Assembly: GCA_018992685.1 (NCBI GenBank)
Contig: JACVGT010000008.1
Location: forward strand, 3,257 to 67,256
Source: Theionarchaea archaeon
GTDB lineage: Archaea; Methanobacteriota_B; Thermococci; Methanofastidiosales; SZ-28-30
Length of the DNA: 64,000 nucleotides
Direction of reading: 5' to 3'
This document shows positions 47,384 to 57,235 of this stretch, in pieces (within the stretch, counting starts at the first letter, position 1; the number at the start of each line of letters is the position of its first letter). A program made the position numbers and the translations under genes. The notes under the pieces are model-generated. The model was given only the letters and a program-made list of their open reading frames with translations. It was not told the DNA's origin and searched no databases.

Positions 47384-48555
47384 GAGAATGTGATGTCCTT
47401 GTGGTGGGAGCAGGCCCGGCAGGAAGTATTGCAGCCCTAACTGCAGCCCCTCACTGCGACGTAGTGGTACTTGAGAAGAGAGCCCACATTGGGGTACCGA
47501 AGCAGTGTGCAGAAGGAACCAGTGAAGCGATTTTTGAGAAACTGGGCATACCACTGAGCCCCAAATGGGTATCCCGAAAGATCGAGTTTGCCCGGTTGAT
47601 ATCGCCTTCCAGAATCGCGGTTGATCTTAAAGATGAAAGAGTTAAACAACTCAAGTTTGGGTATGTTCTTGAAAGAAAGAAATTTGACAAAGCTCTTGCA
47701 GAGTTGGCGGCCAAGAAGGGAGCCGAGTTCTATCTGCGGACGCAGTATCAGGGACTGAAGCGAGAGGACAACCATGTTGTGATAAAAGCACGACAGTTTG
47801 ATAAGGACCTGACCTTCAAAGCTCGGATTGTCATCGCTGCAGATGGGTTAATGTCACGGGTTGCTAAAGATTTCGGCATTGATTCCACCACCAAGTTGAG
47901 ACATCTTGAGTCATGCTGCCAGTACGAGATGACAGGAATGGAACGAGAAAGCTGTATAGAACTGTATTTTGGAAATGAAATTGCTCCTAAAGGGTATGCA
48001 TGGGTATTTCCCAAAGAGGGTGATGTGGCAAATGTGGGAATTGGCATTCTGCCCACCAAAGCCGAATACCCGGCAAAATACTATCTGGATAAATTCGTCA
48101 GCTGGTTGGGGCTTTCTGGAACGGTTGTAGAAGTAAATGCAGGGGGAGTTCCTGTGGGTGGTCCACTGGATCAGACCTATGACGATAACCTACTCATAGC
48201 AGGAGACGCGGCACATATGGCAAATCCCATCTCAGGAGGAGGTATTCATACTGCCATGCTGTCGGGGAAGTTTGCAGGTGAGACTGCAACAAGAGCCCTG
48301 GAGTCGCAGAGTACTGATAAGGAGACTCTCTCTGAATATGAAACACGGTGGAAAGCAGACTTCGGCAGAGAACTTGACCTGTCACTGAAGGGACGGTTCA
48401 TCTTGGAGGAGTTCACTGATGAAGACTTTGACGCCACAGCGAAATGGATGAACGAGAAGGGGGTTGGTCAACTGGGTGCTCTGGACCTGGTAAAATTCGC
48501 TTTAAAGAGGCATCCCAAGTTTGCCATCAAGTTTGCGTCATTCCTTACTTCCTAA
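47359..48555 (+). CDS. Geranylgeranyl reductase (digeranylgeranylglycerophospholipid reductase family). Probable start is MRECDVL at ~47380.
   Basis: 'CDVLVVGAGPAGS' FAD motif. 'GDAAHMANPISGGGI' is typical of GGR/ChlP-family flavoproteins. 398 aa. Confidence 0.85.
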   Translation: MPHGGDPMRECDVLVVGAGPAGSIAALTAAPHCDVVVLEKRAHIGVPKQCAEGTSEAIFEKLGIPLSPKWVSRKIEFARLISPSRIAVDLKDERVKQLKFGYVLERKKFDKALAELAAKKGAEFYLRTQYQGLKREDNHVVIKARQFDKDLTFKARIVIAADGLMSRVAKDFGIDSTTKLRHLESCCQYEMTGMERESCIELYFGNEIAPKGYAWVFPKEGDVANVGIGILPTKAEYPAKYYLDKFVSWLGLSGTVVEVNAGGVPVGGPLDQTYDDNLLIAGDAAHMANPISGGGIHTAMLSGKFAGETATRALESQSTDKETLSEYETRWKADFGRELDLSLKGRFILEEFTDEDFDATAKWMNEKGVGQLGALDLVKFALKRHPKFAIKFASFLTS

Positions 48556-48892
48556 TTTCTTCTTTCTCATGCCCAGCATCAGGACTACGAGCTAATTCCA
48601 GACAGCTAAGATGTGGTACTAGTGCTTCATGAAAATGCGATAGCTGCAACACATCGAGGACTTAAAAAGGAAGGTTCTGGTACTGCAAATGGCACATGGA
48701 TACATGGAGCTAAACAATGTTACTGGGCGGAATATGCGATTATTGTGATGTGCACAAGAATGATCTCTGCAAGAATATGCTGCTATTGCCGCAGCTGCCT
48801 ACACCAGGGTGTTGCAACTTCATAATCGCTTCCTGAGAACTGGAACACGCTGTGAGGAAGACCAAAACCTCATAAAGGGATACTGACCACAG

Positions 48893-49732
48893 GTGACCAT
48901 GGATATCAAGACACTGCTCGAATTGACCCGTCCCATAAACGACATCATGTCCGGATTTGCTGTCTTCATTGCAGGAGCAATATCAGTGGGATGGCATATG
49001 CCACTCATGAGTCTGGCGGCTGCCTCCCTGGGTACTTTTTTTGCATCTGCAGGGGGAATGGTAATCAATGATTATTTTGACATTGACATAGACAGCGTCA
49101 ATCGTCCTCATAGACCCATACCTAGCAACAGAATAACTCGTCGGGGAGCATTACAATTCTCGCTGTTCTTATTTATGGGAGCTGGAGTATGCGTGCTGTT
49201 CACCAATGTGTGGTGCATCGTGGTGGGGCTCCCTGCGCTATTCTTGATCATTCTGTATTCCTGGAAGTTGAAGAGACGGCTGTTTGTGGGAAATCTGGCA
49301 GTAGCCCTGCTTTCTGCCCTGGCCCTACTGTATGGGGGGATTGCCGCGGGTAATATCCAGCTGGTATCCATCCTGGCCCTGATTGCCTTCTTTGCCACTG
49401 TTTCCAGAGAACTGGCAAAAGACATTGAGGATATTAAGGGCGATCGAATAGGAGGATCTCAATCTGTGCCTGTCCTCCTTGGAGAGAATCTGAGTGCCCA
49501 GATTGCAGGTGGGTTTCTTGCCCTGGCCATTTGTACATCACTGCTCCCATATGTGCTTGGGATCTTCGGCAACCTGTATCTGGTGCTGATAGTACCCGTA
49601 AACCTGGTCATGGGGTTTGTTATGGTGCAGATGTTCCTGAAGAACATTGAGAGAATACCAGTGTGGCAGAAAATGCTCAAAGTAGGAATGTACGTTACTC
49701 TGGGAATCTTCCTGGCAGCACGATTCATTTGA
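48893..49732 (+). CDS. UbiA-family prenyltransferase, digeranylgeranylglyceryl phosphate (DGGGP) synthase-like
   Basis: 'VINDYFDIDIDSVNRPHRPIPS' (first Asp-rich motif) and 'KDIEDIKGDR' (second). 8-9 TM helices. 279 aa. Confidence 0.8.
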   Translation: MTMDIKTLLELTRPINDIMSGFAVFIAGAISVGWHMPLMSLAAASLGTFFASAGGMVINDYFDIDIDSVNRPHRPIPSNRITRRGALQFSLFLFMGAGVCVLFTNVWCIVVGLPALFLIILYSWKLKRRLFVGNLAVALLSALALLYGGIAAGNIQLVSILALIAFFATVSRELAKDIEDIKGDRIGGSQSVPVLLGENLSAQIAGGFLALAICTSLLPYVLGIFGNLYLVLIVPVNLVMGFVMVQMFLKNIERIPVWQKMLKVGMYVTLGIFLAARFI

Positions 49733-50606
49733 GGGGTGGTACACTAAACTTGAGGGCCTTTTCATACATGTGAAAGGTTGCGGGTGTGTCTCCAATGTAT
49801 TCCCCTTCCACGTGAATCGAAAGAGGCTGATGGGAGTGCAGTTCCACATGACGCCCCCTGAAAGCTCCCACTTTTGGATTGTTCAGATGCGTTCCGCGGT
49901 ATAATGTAGGTAATTTCACCAGTGATTCAAGTCTGCTGAGATCTCCAATGACAATGATGTCGAATAACCCGTCATCTACTTCCGCATGTGGTGCGATATT
50001 CATGCCTGCTCCCACATATTTTCCGTTAGCTACATCCACAAACATGACCTTCTGATCAATGTGCACATCATCAACAGTCAGAGAAACGTCGATGCTCCGG
50101 TAATCTGCCAGATGCTTCAGAATTCCCATGACGTACGGGACAGTTCCCATTTTAGGTTTTGTGACCTGGCTAGTAGTCTTGGAAACCAACCCGTCGAATC
50201 CCATGCCCGCCACGCCAATGAAATACCTCTTTCCACCACTGAACGTCACGCATCCTGCATCCACGCTGCGAACCACATCCTGGGAGATGGAACGGGATGC
50301 AGCAATGCAATCAGACACCAGTCCTGCAGACTTCACAAAGTCGTTTCCTGTTCCTGTTGGAATGACTGAGAGTACAATATCCCTCCCCATGATACCATTG
50401 ATAATCTCGTTTAGAGTGCCGTCTCCCCCCACTGAAGCAATAACATCAAAGCCATTGTTCTCTGCAGCAATAGCAGTAGCGTGACCCCTCTCTTCCGTGT
50501 GCTGCACTTCAAAATCGTACTCCATGTCACGAAATACGCTCTTTATGGCAGGCCAGTACTTACAGGTCCTTCCTGCCACCGGATTCACTATAGCGAGAAT
50601 TCGCAC
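49725..50606 (-). CDS. Diacylglycerol-kinase-catalytic-domain lipid kinase (YegS/BmrU/LCB5 family)
   Basis: 'ILAIVNPVAGR...VIASVGGDGTLNEIINGI' is DAGK_cat. 293 aa. Convergent with the DGGGP synthase gene with an 8-nt overlap. Confidence 0.7.
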   Translation of the reverse strand: MRILAIVNPVAGRTCKYWPAIKSVFRDMEYDFEVQHTEERGHATAIAAENNGFDVIASVGGDGTLNEIINGIMGRDIVLSVIPTGTGNDFVKSAGLVSDCIAASRSISQDVVRSVDAGCVTFSGGKRYFIGVAGMGFDGLVSKTTSQVTKPKMGTVPYVMGILKHLADYRSIDVSLTVDDVHIDQKVMFVDVANGKYVGAGMNIAPHAEVDDGLFDIIVIGDLSRLESLVKLPTLYRGTHLNNPKVGAFRGRHVELHSHQPLSIHVEGEYIGDTPATFHMYEKALKFSVPPLK

Positions 50607-51017
50607 TGTCCTCCCTCAGGTTACAGTTTTCTGATGAGAGGGTAGAACTTGATGTTTTTAAGACTTTCGGTAGTTGCTGATGAGATTGTATGAAAGGCAG
50701 AAGAAAAGCTGAAGTGAGAGTATCTATTGGTGAAAATATTGTGCAAGAACAGTACACCGCTCCTCAGGAGTATCGACTCAGCATTTCCTGACTCTTTCAT
50801 CCCGATACGGAGGTTAAGGAAGATTGTCTGATTTTTTTGGACTCTCGCTTCGAGGAAATTGAGGAAAGTGGCAAATGAGTGCACTGTAGAGTATAGACGA
50901 CTCCGCCATGCTGAATCTGCTTTCCCACCATAAGACTTATATACATCTTTCTAGAAATGTCTCATTACTATAGTGTCCGGCAACTCTTACAGCACCTGAA
51001 TACATTAGTGGTGAGAA

Positions 51018-51623
51018 GTGTCCAGAACGTTGTGCAGGCAGGATGATGGAATGCAGCTCCCCAAACAAAAAAAACTCTACAGCGATCTTGAAACGAGATT
51101 CACAGATTTGGAATCTCTCATCAGAGAGCTGAAAAAAAGGAAGCTTACAGGAGTGCTAAAACTGACGTTCGATGCGTGTGAGGGAGTGAGCATCTTTGAT
51201 GAAGGAAGAATTATTGACGGATACGAGATATATGGGGAAGAAATGCCTGTCAAGGATCGGAAAGGACATAATATTATGGAACGTTCCCAGATCGAACCAG
51301 GAAAGATCGACGTATATGAACTGCCACGGGAGATTCTTCAGATATTCATCATGACACTCAGAGAGCGGCCCACTCAGACTCTCCACACCATGTATGCAGA
51401 TTTCAAGAAGCTGCTCAACTTCTATGTTCAGAGGAAACTCTATGGCACACTGGAAGTGAAAACATCTCAGGGGAAGGGATATGTCTTGCTGGACGCTGGA
51501 AAGCCTATTGATGTTTTTTTTGGCGATAGATGTGGCAGCGAAGCTCTGGATCAGCTGCTAGAATGTGTTGATAGGGAAGATGTAGAGATCAGCATCTACT
51601 CACGAGAGGGAGGTGTTCGATGA
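51018..51623 (+). CDS. Hypothetical protein with two tandem ~90-aa DUF4388-like domains
   Basis: Internal duplication: 'LTGVLKLTFDACEGVSIFDEGRIIDGYEIYGEE' and 'LYGTLEVKTSQGKGYVLLDAGKPIDVFFGDRCG'. Confidence 0.45.
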   Translation: MSRTLCRQDDGMQLPKQKKLYSDLETRFTDLESLIRELKKRKLTGVLKLTFDACEGVSIFDEGRIIDGYEIYGEEMPVKDRKGHNIMERSQIEPGKIDVYELPREILQIFIMTLRERPTQTLHTMYADFKKLLNFYVQRKLYGTLEVKTSQGKGYVLLDAGKPIDVFFGDRCGSEALDQLLECVDREDVEISIYSREGGVR

Positions 51624-52495
51624 AGCATGAAGGATACCATGACATAGGCAGTCGGATGAAGTACAAAGAGTGGTGGGATTTCTATTTCTTTTCCCGGAGA
51701 GAGAACCTTGTCTTTTCCTTTATCATGCTGAAGTCCAAGATCAGGGACCATCTCAGCAGCTGCATATGGAATTTCAAGAAGGACGAGAGGATCGAACTGA
51801 GCTTTGATTCAGGAATAGAAGCTTCACAGGAAGACTACACAGATTTACACGCTGAAGGAAAATGGGGAACTGCATCAGTGAAGGGGAAATACGAAGAAGG
51901 AGGATGGGAACTCAGAATCAAGAATCCAGAATTCTCTGCGGATCTCTTCTACTCTCCAGATTGTCCTCAGAAGATCATTGAGCGGTTCTGGGATGATCAG
52001 TTCAAGTGTGAGTTGTTCCCCAAGGTTACGGTTACCGGGACGCTTGACGCCTTCGGGAGAACATATGAGATCAACACGTACGGGTGCAGGGAGCATACGT
52101 TCTGCGACTTTCCCCGCAATGTTGCATGGAACTGGGTGATTGTACTCCACGATGATTATTCCGTTGTGGTTTCCCAGGGAGACTATTCAGGATTTGATTA
52201 CAAGTATGCCGTCATGTTCTGTGAGGGAAAGTGGGTTGATCTGGACGCAGACGTTGATTTTGTGGTGGATGAAGATCACCTTCTGAAAACCTGCAAGGTG
52301 ACCTCTGCTGACATGAACCTGGATATTTACCCTATCAGGCACCGGTACGAACATAAAAAGATACTGCTTGGTCTTCTTGTGGACTCTCACTACTGGGAAC
52401 TCCCCACACGAATTGCGGGAACTGTCACCTTCAAGGATAGGAAGGTGCCAGTAGAAACCTATGGAATCATGACTCGGTCTAGAATGAAGTGGTAG
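51620..52495 (+). CDS. Hypothetical protein, CrtC/AttH-like (lipocalin-like hydratase family) candidate, paralog A
   Basis: N-terminal 'KYKEWWDFYFF' resembles the aromatic 'WWY' motif of CrtC carotenoid 1,2-hydratases (e.g. GGYAWWYVDA). 291 aa. Paralogous to the next gene. Confidence 0.35.
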   Translation: MKHEGYHDIGSRMKYKEWWDFYFFSRRENLVFSFIMLKSKIRDHLSSCIWNFKKDERIELSFDSGIEASQEDYTDLHAEGKWGTASVKGKYEEGGWELRIKNPEFSADLFYSPDCPQKIIERFWDDQFKCELFPKVTVTGTLDAFGRTYEINTYGCREHTFCDFPRNVAWNWVIVLHDDYSVVVSQGDYSGFDYKYAVMFCEGKWVDLDADVDFVVDEDHLLKTCKVTSADMNLDIYPIRHRYEHKKILLGLLVDSHYWELPTRIAGTVTFKDRKVPVETYGIMTRSRMKW

Positions 52496-52566
52496 CTTCC
52501 ACCCTGTGCTCGAGGTGTACCACATCACATTGACAATAGTTATAAACTCATTCTCCTATAGCAATT

Positions 52567-53610
52567 ATGGAAGTAAAGGACGAGGACAAGAAACTCCATG
52601 ATGACGGCATCTTAGACAGTCTCATGGGCTACAAGGAATGGTTCCACTTTCTGGGCACCTTTTTTGTTGATGAAACTCCGTTGTCATTTATGCTGGGCTT
52701 TCCCAGGAGTTTTACTGGGATGGGTGCTTTTGGATGGATTGCTTTTCAGAAGAACCAATACTCCCTGGTAGGAAACCCGGATCAAGACAAAGATGGATTC
52801 TTCGATCTTCAGAGAATCCCTGTTAAGTTCCAGACTACAACGTCCGGATACGAGCTCTGGTACGTGGCAGAACCACAACCGCGCAACATATACCATGGTA
52901 TCATTGAGGGGAACTATCCTCACTATGCCCTGGAGATTGAAACACCTCAGGTAGACATCAAAATGACCATGGACATCGAGCTTGACCCGTGTTCAGTTAC
53001 CACCAAAGAGGTTTTCAGCTGGATGCCTTTTGAAAAAAGAATCGCCAGCTGGTTTCATTCAGGGGATATCACAATGTCGTTGAAGGGCACCGTAAGGGGC
53101 GAAGATGTGACAACAAGCAGCAGAAAAAATCGAGGATGGTATGAACGCATGTGGTCCAAGATCCCTGTGTGCTGGCCTTCTGAATGGTTGTGGATCATGT
53201 CACACCCGGAGACGGGAGCAGTCCTTGACCTGTATATTGCCACATCTCTGGGAATTAGAGTGCGGCCCCTGGATGAGTGCTGGCTGTACATCAATGGAAA
53301 ATTTCATCCTTTTCGTGAGTATACTGCCGAATTTCCCCGCACCCTGGAGACAGCTATCAGAGAAAAGAAGTATCCTGACATCATTGGGAAAGAAATCCAC
53401 TGTGAGGGACGTGATGGAGACAATTCTTTTGACCTTACCGCCGAGATTACCGATTTCCGGCAATATGAATACAAAGATTACAGTGCACGGGTTAAATACG
53501 TCAATTTCTTCTTTGATACCACAGGTGAAGCAGTCATCGACGGAACTGCCACAACCCTGAACGGGAAAGGAGCTGCAGAGCGCGCTCCTATGCTGTACTG
53601 GTGGATTTAG
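52567..53610 (+). CDS. Hypothetical protein, CrtC/AttH-like candidate, paralog B
   Basis: 'GYKEWFHFLGTFFVDE' is the same N-terminal motif as paralog A. 347 aa. Confidence 0.35.
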   Translation: MEVKDEDKKLHDDGILDSLMGYKEWFHFLGTFFVDETPLSFMLGFPRSFTGMGAFGWIAFQKNQYSLVGNPDQDKDGFFDLQRIPVKFQTTTSGYELWYVAEPQPRNIYHGIIEGNYPHYALEIETPQVDIKMTMDIELDPCSVTTKEVFSWMPFEKRIASWFHSGDITMSLKGTVRGEDVTTSSRKNRGWYERMWSKIPVCWPSEWLWIMSHPETGAVLDLYIATSLGIRVRPLDECWLYINGKFHPFREYTAEFPRTLETAIREKKYPDIIGKEIHCEGRDGDNSFDLTAEITDFRQYEYKDYSARVKYVNFFFDTTGEAVIDGTATTLNGKGAAERAPMLYWWI

Positions 53611-53619
53611 AGAGGGGCA

Positions 53620-55683
53620 TCAGTCTGCAGGGACCCTTACACACATGGGACGAGAAAGTGTGTCGTTCATGTCCCAGGCGACCTGCAGTATGCCCATTCG
53701 TTCTACGCCACGGGGCCCATCTAGATGAATTTCACCTGCTTCTCCGCAGTAGATACCCTGTCCCCTGTCATGGGCTTCACAGACGAGAATGGTGTGACCA
53801 TCAGTGCTGGCCAGAGAATGCTTCCAGCCCAGGGGAGTCTCAGTAACCTCCACCGGCGAGGTGCACCTCATCGTAATGACAATCCGGGTGAGTGTGCTTC
53901 CCTCCTTCAGATTTGTCACCCGCCACCTGTATGTCGTATGCAGCCCAAAGAAGTCGGCCACGCGATCTGATACTTCAAAGGTCTCTCTCAGCCCAATTTC
54001 CCCAAAAGAGCGCCTGGCAGATTCTCGCAGAGATACCAGCTCAGACTGATGGACCACAATTCTGATCCTGTCCCTGGTGTACACCCCATGGTACCCTGGA
54101 GGACTCAACTTGACAGCCTCTGCGCCCCCTTCCTCATTCTGTATTCCAATGGGACCAGACGATATGGCATTGCAGAAAACGGGCCCTCTCTTGAGGGCAT
54201 TCCCATCTCTCAGAATGACGTGAGGGCCTTCCACCTGGAATATGCCTGTCCTGTGAGCATGGCCCGTGAGTACGATGTCCACTCCCTTTTCAGGAATGGC
54301 TGTGTAGCCCATCCTCCCATAGAGGCTGCTTCCAAGGCACACCCTGATAAACTCATTCCGTTTCAACCGGAAGGTTCCATCCACCAGATCCTTCTGTGGC
54401 TCATAGTGATCTGTCAGCCCGCTGGTGTAGAAGATGTTGGTCTCAGGATTGGCAGCAACCTCCCGATCCCCTATCTCGGGGAAGGGGTTAAAGACTGAAC
54501 AGTGCATTGCCACCACCGAGACTACCGGGTTCCTCTTCCTGTGATTGATAACTTTCTTCCGCCACAGGGTCAGAGTCTTCCATTGTCTTGGAGAGAGGGC
54601 CTTCTCTGCCCAGGGGTTGCCCTCCTCATGATCTTCTCCCAGGTTCCAATCAAGCATCAGAAAGGCCATGTTCCCGTAAAAGAACTGATAGTCAAGAAGA
54701 GGGTTGAGAACAAGAGCATACCATCGCACAGCGTAGGGAGCTTTTAAAATGTGATTCTTGGTGATGTTGAGTGCGTGAGGGTCTTCATGGAGACCATTCA
54801 TCTCGGTGCGAGTCAGGTTGACGGTCGGCGCCATGTTGAAGAACTCGCGGATCCTCCTGGACAGGATCAAAGGATTGGGGGGATATGGATTAAGCCGGTA
54901 ATCATGGTTACCCAGCACAGAAAAGAAGGGTTTCTCATAGGTCCTGTACAGTATCTGGTAAAAGAGAGCCCAGTTTCTGTCCAGGTGATAATCTCTTGAC
55001 AGGTCGTTTTCCCCATCCGGGTTGTGATATCCTCTGTTGTAGTCGGTGATGTCTCCTGTGTGAATGATGATGTCCACATCCTTGTTCTGGGCTATCATGG
55101 TCAAAAGATGCTCAACCTGAGCATTGTAGTTTGAGAAATCACCTGGTTTTCCTTCCTCCAGACAGGATTGAGACCGCACATCATGGTAATTGGAATTCCA
55201 CCTGTCTTCCAGCAGGTAGAGCCTGTTTGCCATGTGACTGTCTGACATGTGGGCAATGTTCAGGTAGTCAGACTTCCCGATGTAGAAGGGGTGGTACAGC
55301 TTCACAGAGTCATCCAGGAAGGAGTCGGGAGACTCCCGCCTGAGAATGTGGGCAACCTGTTCATCCGAGGAATGGGCCAACTGGTACAACCCCTTTGACA
55401 CAGACAGCCTGATCCGTGCCCTCACCAGCCGGGTGAGCCCTTCTTTCTTGTATGCTGAGAGCACAAACTCTGATATGTGGCAATCTGATGGGACAAAATT
55501 TACCATTTCAATATCCTTTCTGTCAAGTGACTTTGATTTTCCTTTCTTCCATGGTGAATAGGACAGTTCACAGAGTTCGTCCTGATGAAATGATTTGGTC
55601 GTCAGAAGAAGAACATCCACTTCATCTCCCTTCTTGAAGAGACCGGGGCATGCGAGAGCCGGAGTAAGGACAACAAAGCTCAT
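53620..55683 (-). CDS. Large calcineurin-like metallophosphoesterase (687 aa) with extra N- and C-terminal domains
   Basis: 'DIIIHTGDITDYNRG', 'SVLGNHDY' and 'VLTGHAHRTG' give the GD / GNH(D/E) / GHxH metallophosphatase motifs. The start overlaps the upstream flavoprotein stop (ATGA). Confidence 0.7.
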   Translation of the reverse strand: MSFVVLTPALACPGLFKKGDEVDVLLLTTKSFHQDELCELSYSPWKKGKSKSLDRKDIEMVNFVPSDCHISEFVLSAYKKEGLTRLVRARIRLSVSKGLYQLAHSSDEQVAHILRRESPDSFLDDSVKLYHPFYIGKSDYLNIAHMSDSHMANRLYLLEDRWNSNYHDVRSQSCLEEGKPGDFSNYNAQVEHLLTMIAQNKDVDIIIHTGDITDYNRGYHNPDGENDLSRDYHLDRNWALFYQILYRTYEKPFFSVLGNHDYRLNPYPPNPLILSRRIREFFNMAPTVNLTRTEMNGLHEDPHALNITKNHILKAPYAVRWYALVLNPLLDYQFFYGNMAFLMLDWNLGEDHEEGNPWAEKALSPRQWKTLTLWRKKVINHRKRNPVVSVVAMHCSVFNPFPEIGDREVAANPETNIFYTSGLTDHYEPQKDLVDGTFRLKRNEFIRVCLGSSLYGRMGYTAIPEKGVDIVLTGHAHRTGIFQVEGPHVILRDGNALKRGPVFCNAISSGPIGIQNEEGGAEAVKLSPPGYHGVYTRDRIRIVVHQSELVSLRESARRSFGEIGLRETFEVSDRVADFFGLHTTYRWRVTNLKEGSTLTRIVITMRCTSPVEVTETPLGWKHSLASTDGHTILVCEAHDRGQGIYCGEAGEIHLDGPRGVERMGILQVAWDMNDTLSRPMCVRVPAD

Positions 55684-56990
55684 AATAAGGATTCACCTCT
55701 CAGAACGTTCAGGAGATCCACAACAGAATAAGAAGCACGGGTGATGCCCATGCTCTTCTTGACTGTATCAGTTCCCACAACATAGAGATCAGGGATAGGA
55801 GTTGTAATAGGGGGAAAGGGAACAGTGGTCCAGGCAGCCTTGTCTGGCTGCAGCACCTGGGTATGGATCATGTCGATAGAGATATCAGGAATCATCTCCT
55901 CAACGGCTTGTAAGGCCTTCTTTTCGATATTGTCCTCATAGGGGAAGGCAAATCCAAGAAGCTGATGTCCCTCAGGGGACAGACCCGGGTCATAGAGAGA
56001 TGTTGGGACCACCCAGCAGGGAGGGTCTGTATCTACCCAGATCTCAGACCCTGCTCTTTCAATAACGGTGTCAGGTGTTCCCACCCACACAGCGAATGCT
56101 GTGGTTGTCTCCAGCTGCGACACTGTGGCCCTGTATTCAGGGGGCACGTCTGTGATCCTGGGGAGGTCCTTCACCATACCGGAATACACTACAAGATCAT
56201 AAGGATATTCGTGTTCTTCAGTGGATACCACATGCTGGCCTACATCAATGTGGGTTGACTCCTCTCTGATAACTGTTCCCGTGAAGCTTTTCAGTACACA
56301 GTCGGTGAGAGATTGGATTCCCCCCACAGGATAGAACTGATCCTGCCTGGTGTTCTGTCCCAGCAGGCTCAGCGCTTTCTTCACCATGTTACCGTCACCA
56401 TCTTTGTACTTCTGGGAATCCCAGAACCGTGAAATTGGGACCTCCTGGGGAGATACACCAGCCAGAAAGTGACACAGTGCAGCCACCAACCTTCCAGTAC
56501 TGGGAGACAGATCATATCGATTGGTGAATTGTTCCACAGAGAGAGACTTGTCGGGGAGCAGAATGCCATCCACGATACATCGAATCAGAGTGATGCGCTC
56601 TCGTGGTGGGACGGTATCAAAAGTGAGGAAATCCTTGAGGGCCCATGGGAACCTGCCACGTGCTCCATTCATTCGCAGGGAATAGTCACCATGGGGGACA
56701 AATGTGGGTTCACAGGTGAAATATCTGTCCATCAAGGAGCGAAGAGGACCTGAGATGAGGCGAGTCAGAATATGGGGTCCTGTATCCACAATATACGTTC
56801 CTGAATCACCTTCCACGGGGTACGATCTCACCACATTACCTATTTCTCCTCTTTCCAGCACTGTAACCTTCTTTCCTTCTCTTTGAAGGGCAAGTCCCGT
56901 TAGAAGGCCGCTTATTCCTCCTCCAATGACAGTGACCCGGTTCACGTGAGTCTTGCTATCAAAAGACATATAAAAGGTTTGTGTGTTCAC
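55680..56990 (-). CDS. FAD-dependent oxidoreductase of the amine-oxidase/CrtI (phytoene-desaturase-like) superfamily
   Basis: 'RVTVIGGGISGLLTGLALQREGKKVTVLE' is a dinucleotide-binding fold. 436 aa. No TM segment. Confidence 0.7.
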   Translation of the reverse strand: MNTQTFYMSFDSKTHVNRVTVIGGGISGLLTGLALQREGKKVTVLERGEIGNVVRSYPVEGDSGTYIVDTGPHILTRLISGPLRSLMDRYFTCEPTFVPHGDYSLRMNGARGRFPWALKDFLTFDTVPPRERITLIRCIVDGILLPDKSLSVEQFTNRYDLSPSTGRLVAALCHFLAGVSPQEVPISRFWDSQKYKDGDGNMVKKALSLLGQNTRQDQFYPVGGIQSLTDCVLKSFTGTVIREESTHIDVGQHVVSTEEHEYPYDLVVYSGMVKDLPRITDVPPEYRATVSQLETTTAFAVWVGTPDTVIERAGSEIWVDTDPPCWVVPTSLYDPGLSPEGHQLLGFAFPYEDNIEKKALQAVEEMIPDISIDMIHTQVLQPDKAAWTTVPFPPITTPIPDLYVVGTDTVKKSMGITRASYSVVDLLNVLRGESLL

Positions 56991-57047
56991 TGATACCCAG
57001 CCAGAGGAGAGAGTAATGTATTTAAATGACGGAAATGTAGAGGATCG

Positions 57048-57230
57048 GTGATAAGAATGGAACCTATTGTAACGCTCGTCGGGATCTTCGTGATCATTCT
57101 AGGCATAGCTGCTCTTTTTCTTCCAGCAATTGCCAGATTCATTAACTTTCCTGGAAATGAGAAGGTCAAATCTATTGGAGTGATTGTCGTAGGAGTTATC
57201 ATGGTGCTCCTGGGATATTTCTATCTTTGA
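57048..57230 (+). CDS. Small two-TM membrane protein (60 aa)
   Basis: MIRMEPIVTLVGIFVIILGIAALFLPAIARFINFPGNEKVKSIGVIVVGVIMVLLGYFYL gives a two-hydrophobic-helix hairpin. Confidence 0.45.
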   Translation: MIRMEPIVTLVGIFVIILGIAALFLPAIARFINFPGNEKVKSIGVIVVGVIMVLLGYFYL

Positions 57231-57235
57231 TTCTT

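Noticed and set aside
47243-47554. 103-aa minus-strand ORF
   Set aside because: Antisense to the ferredoxin and the GGR 5' end, both of which carry clear cofactor motifs.
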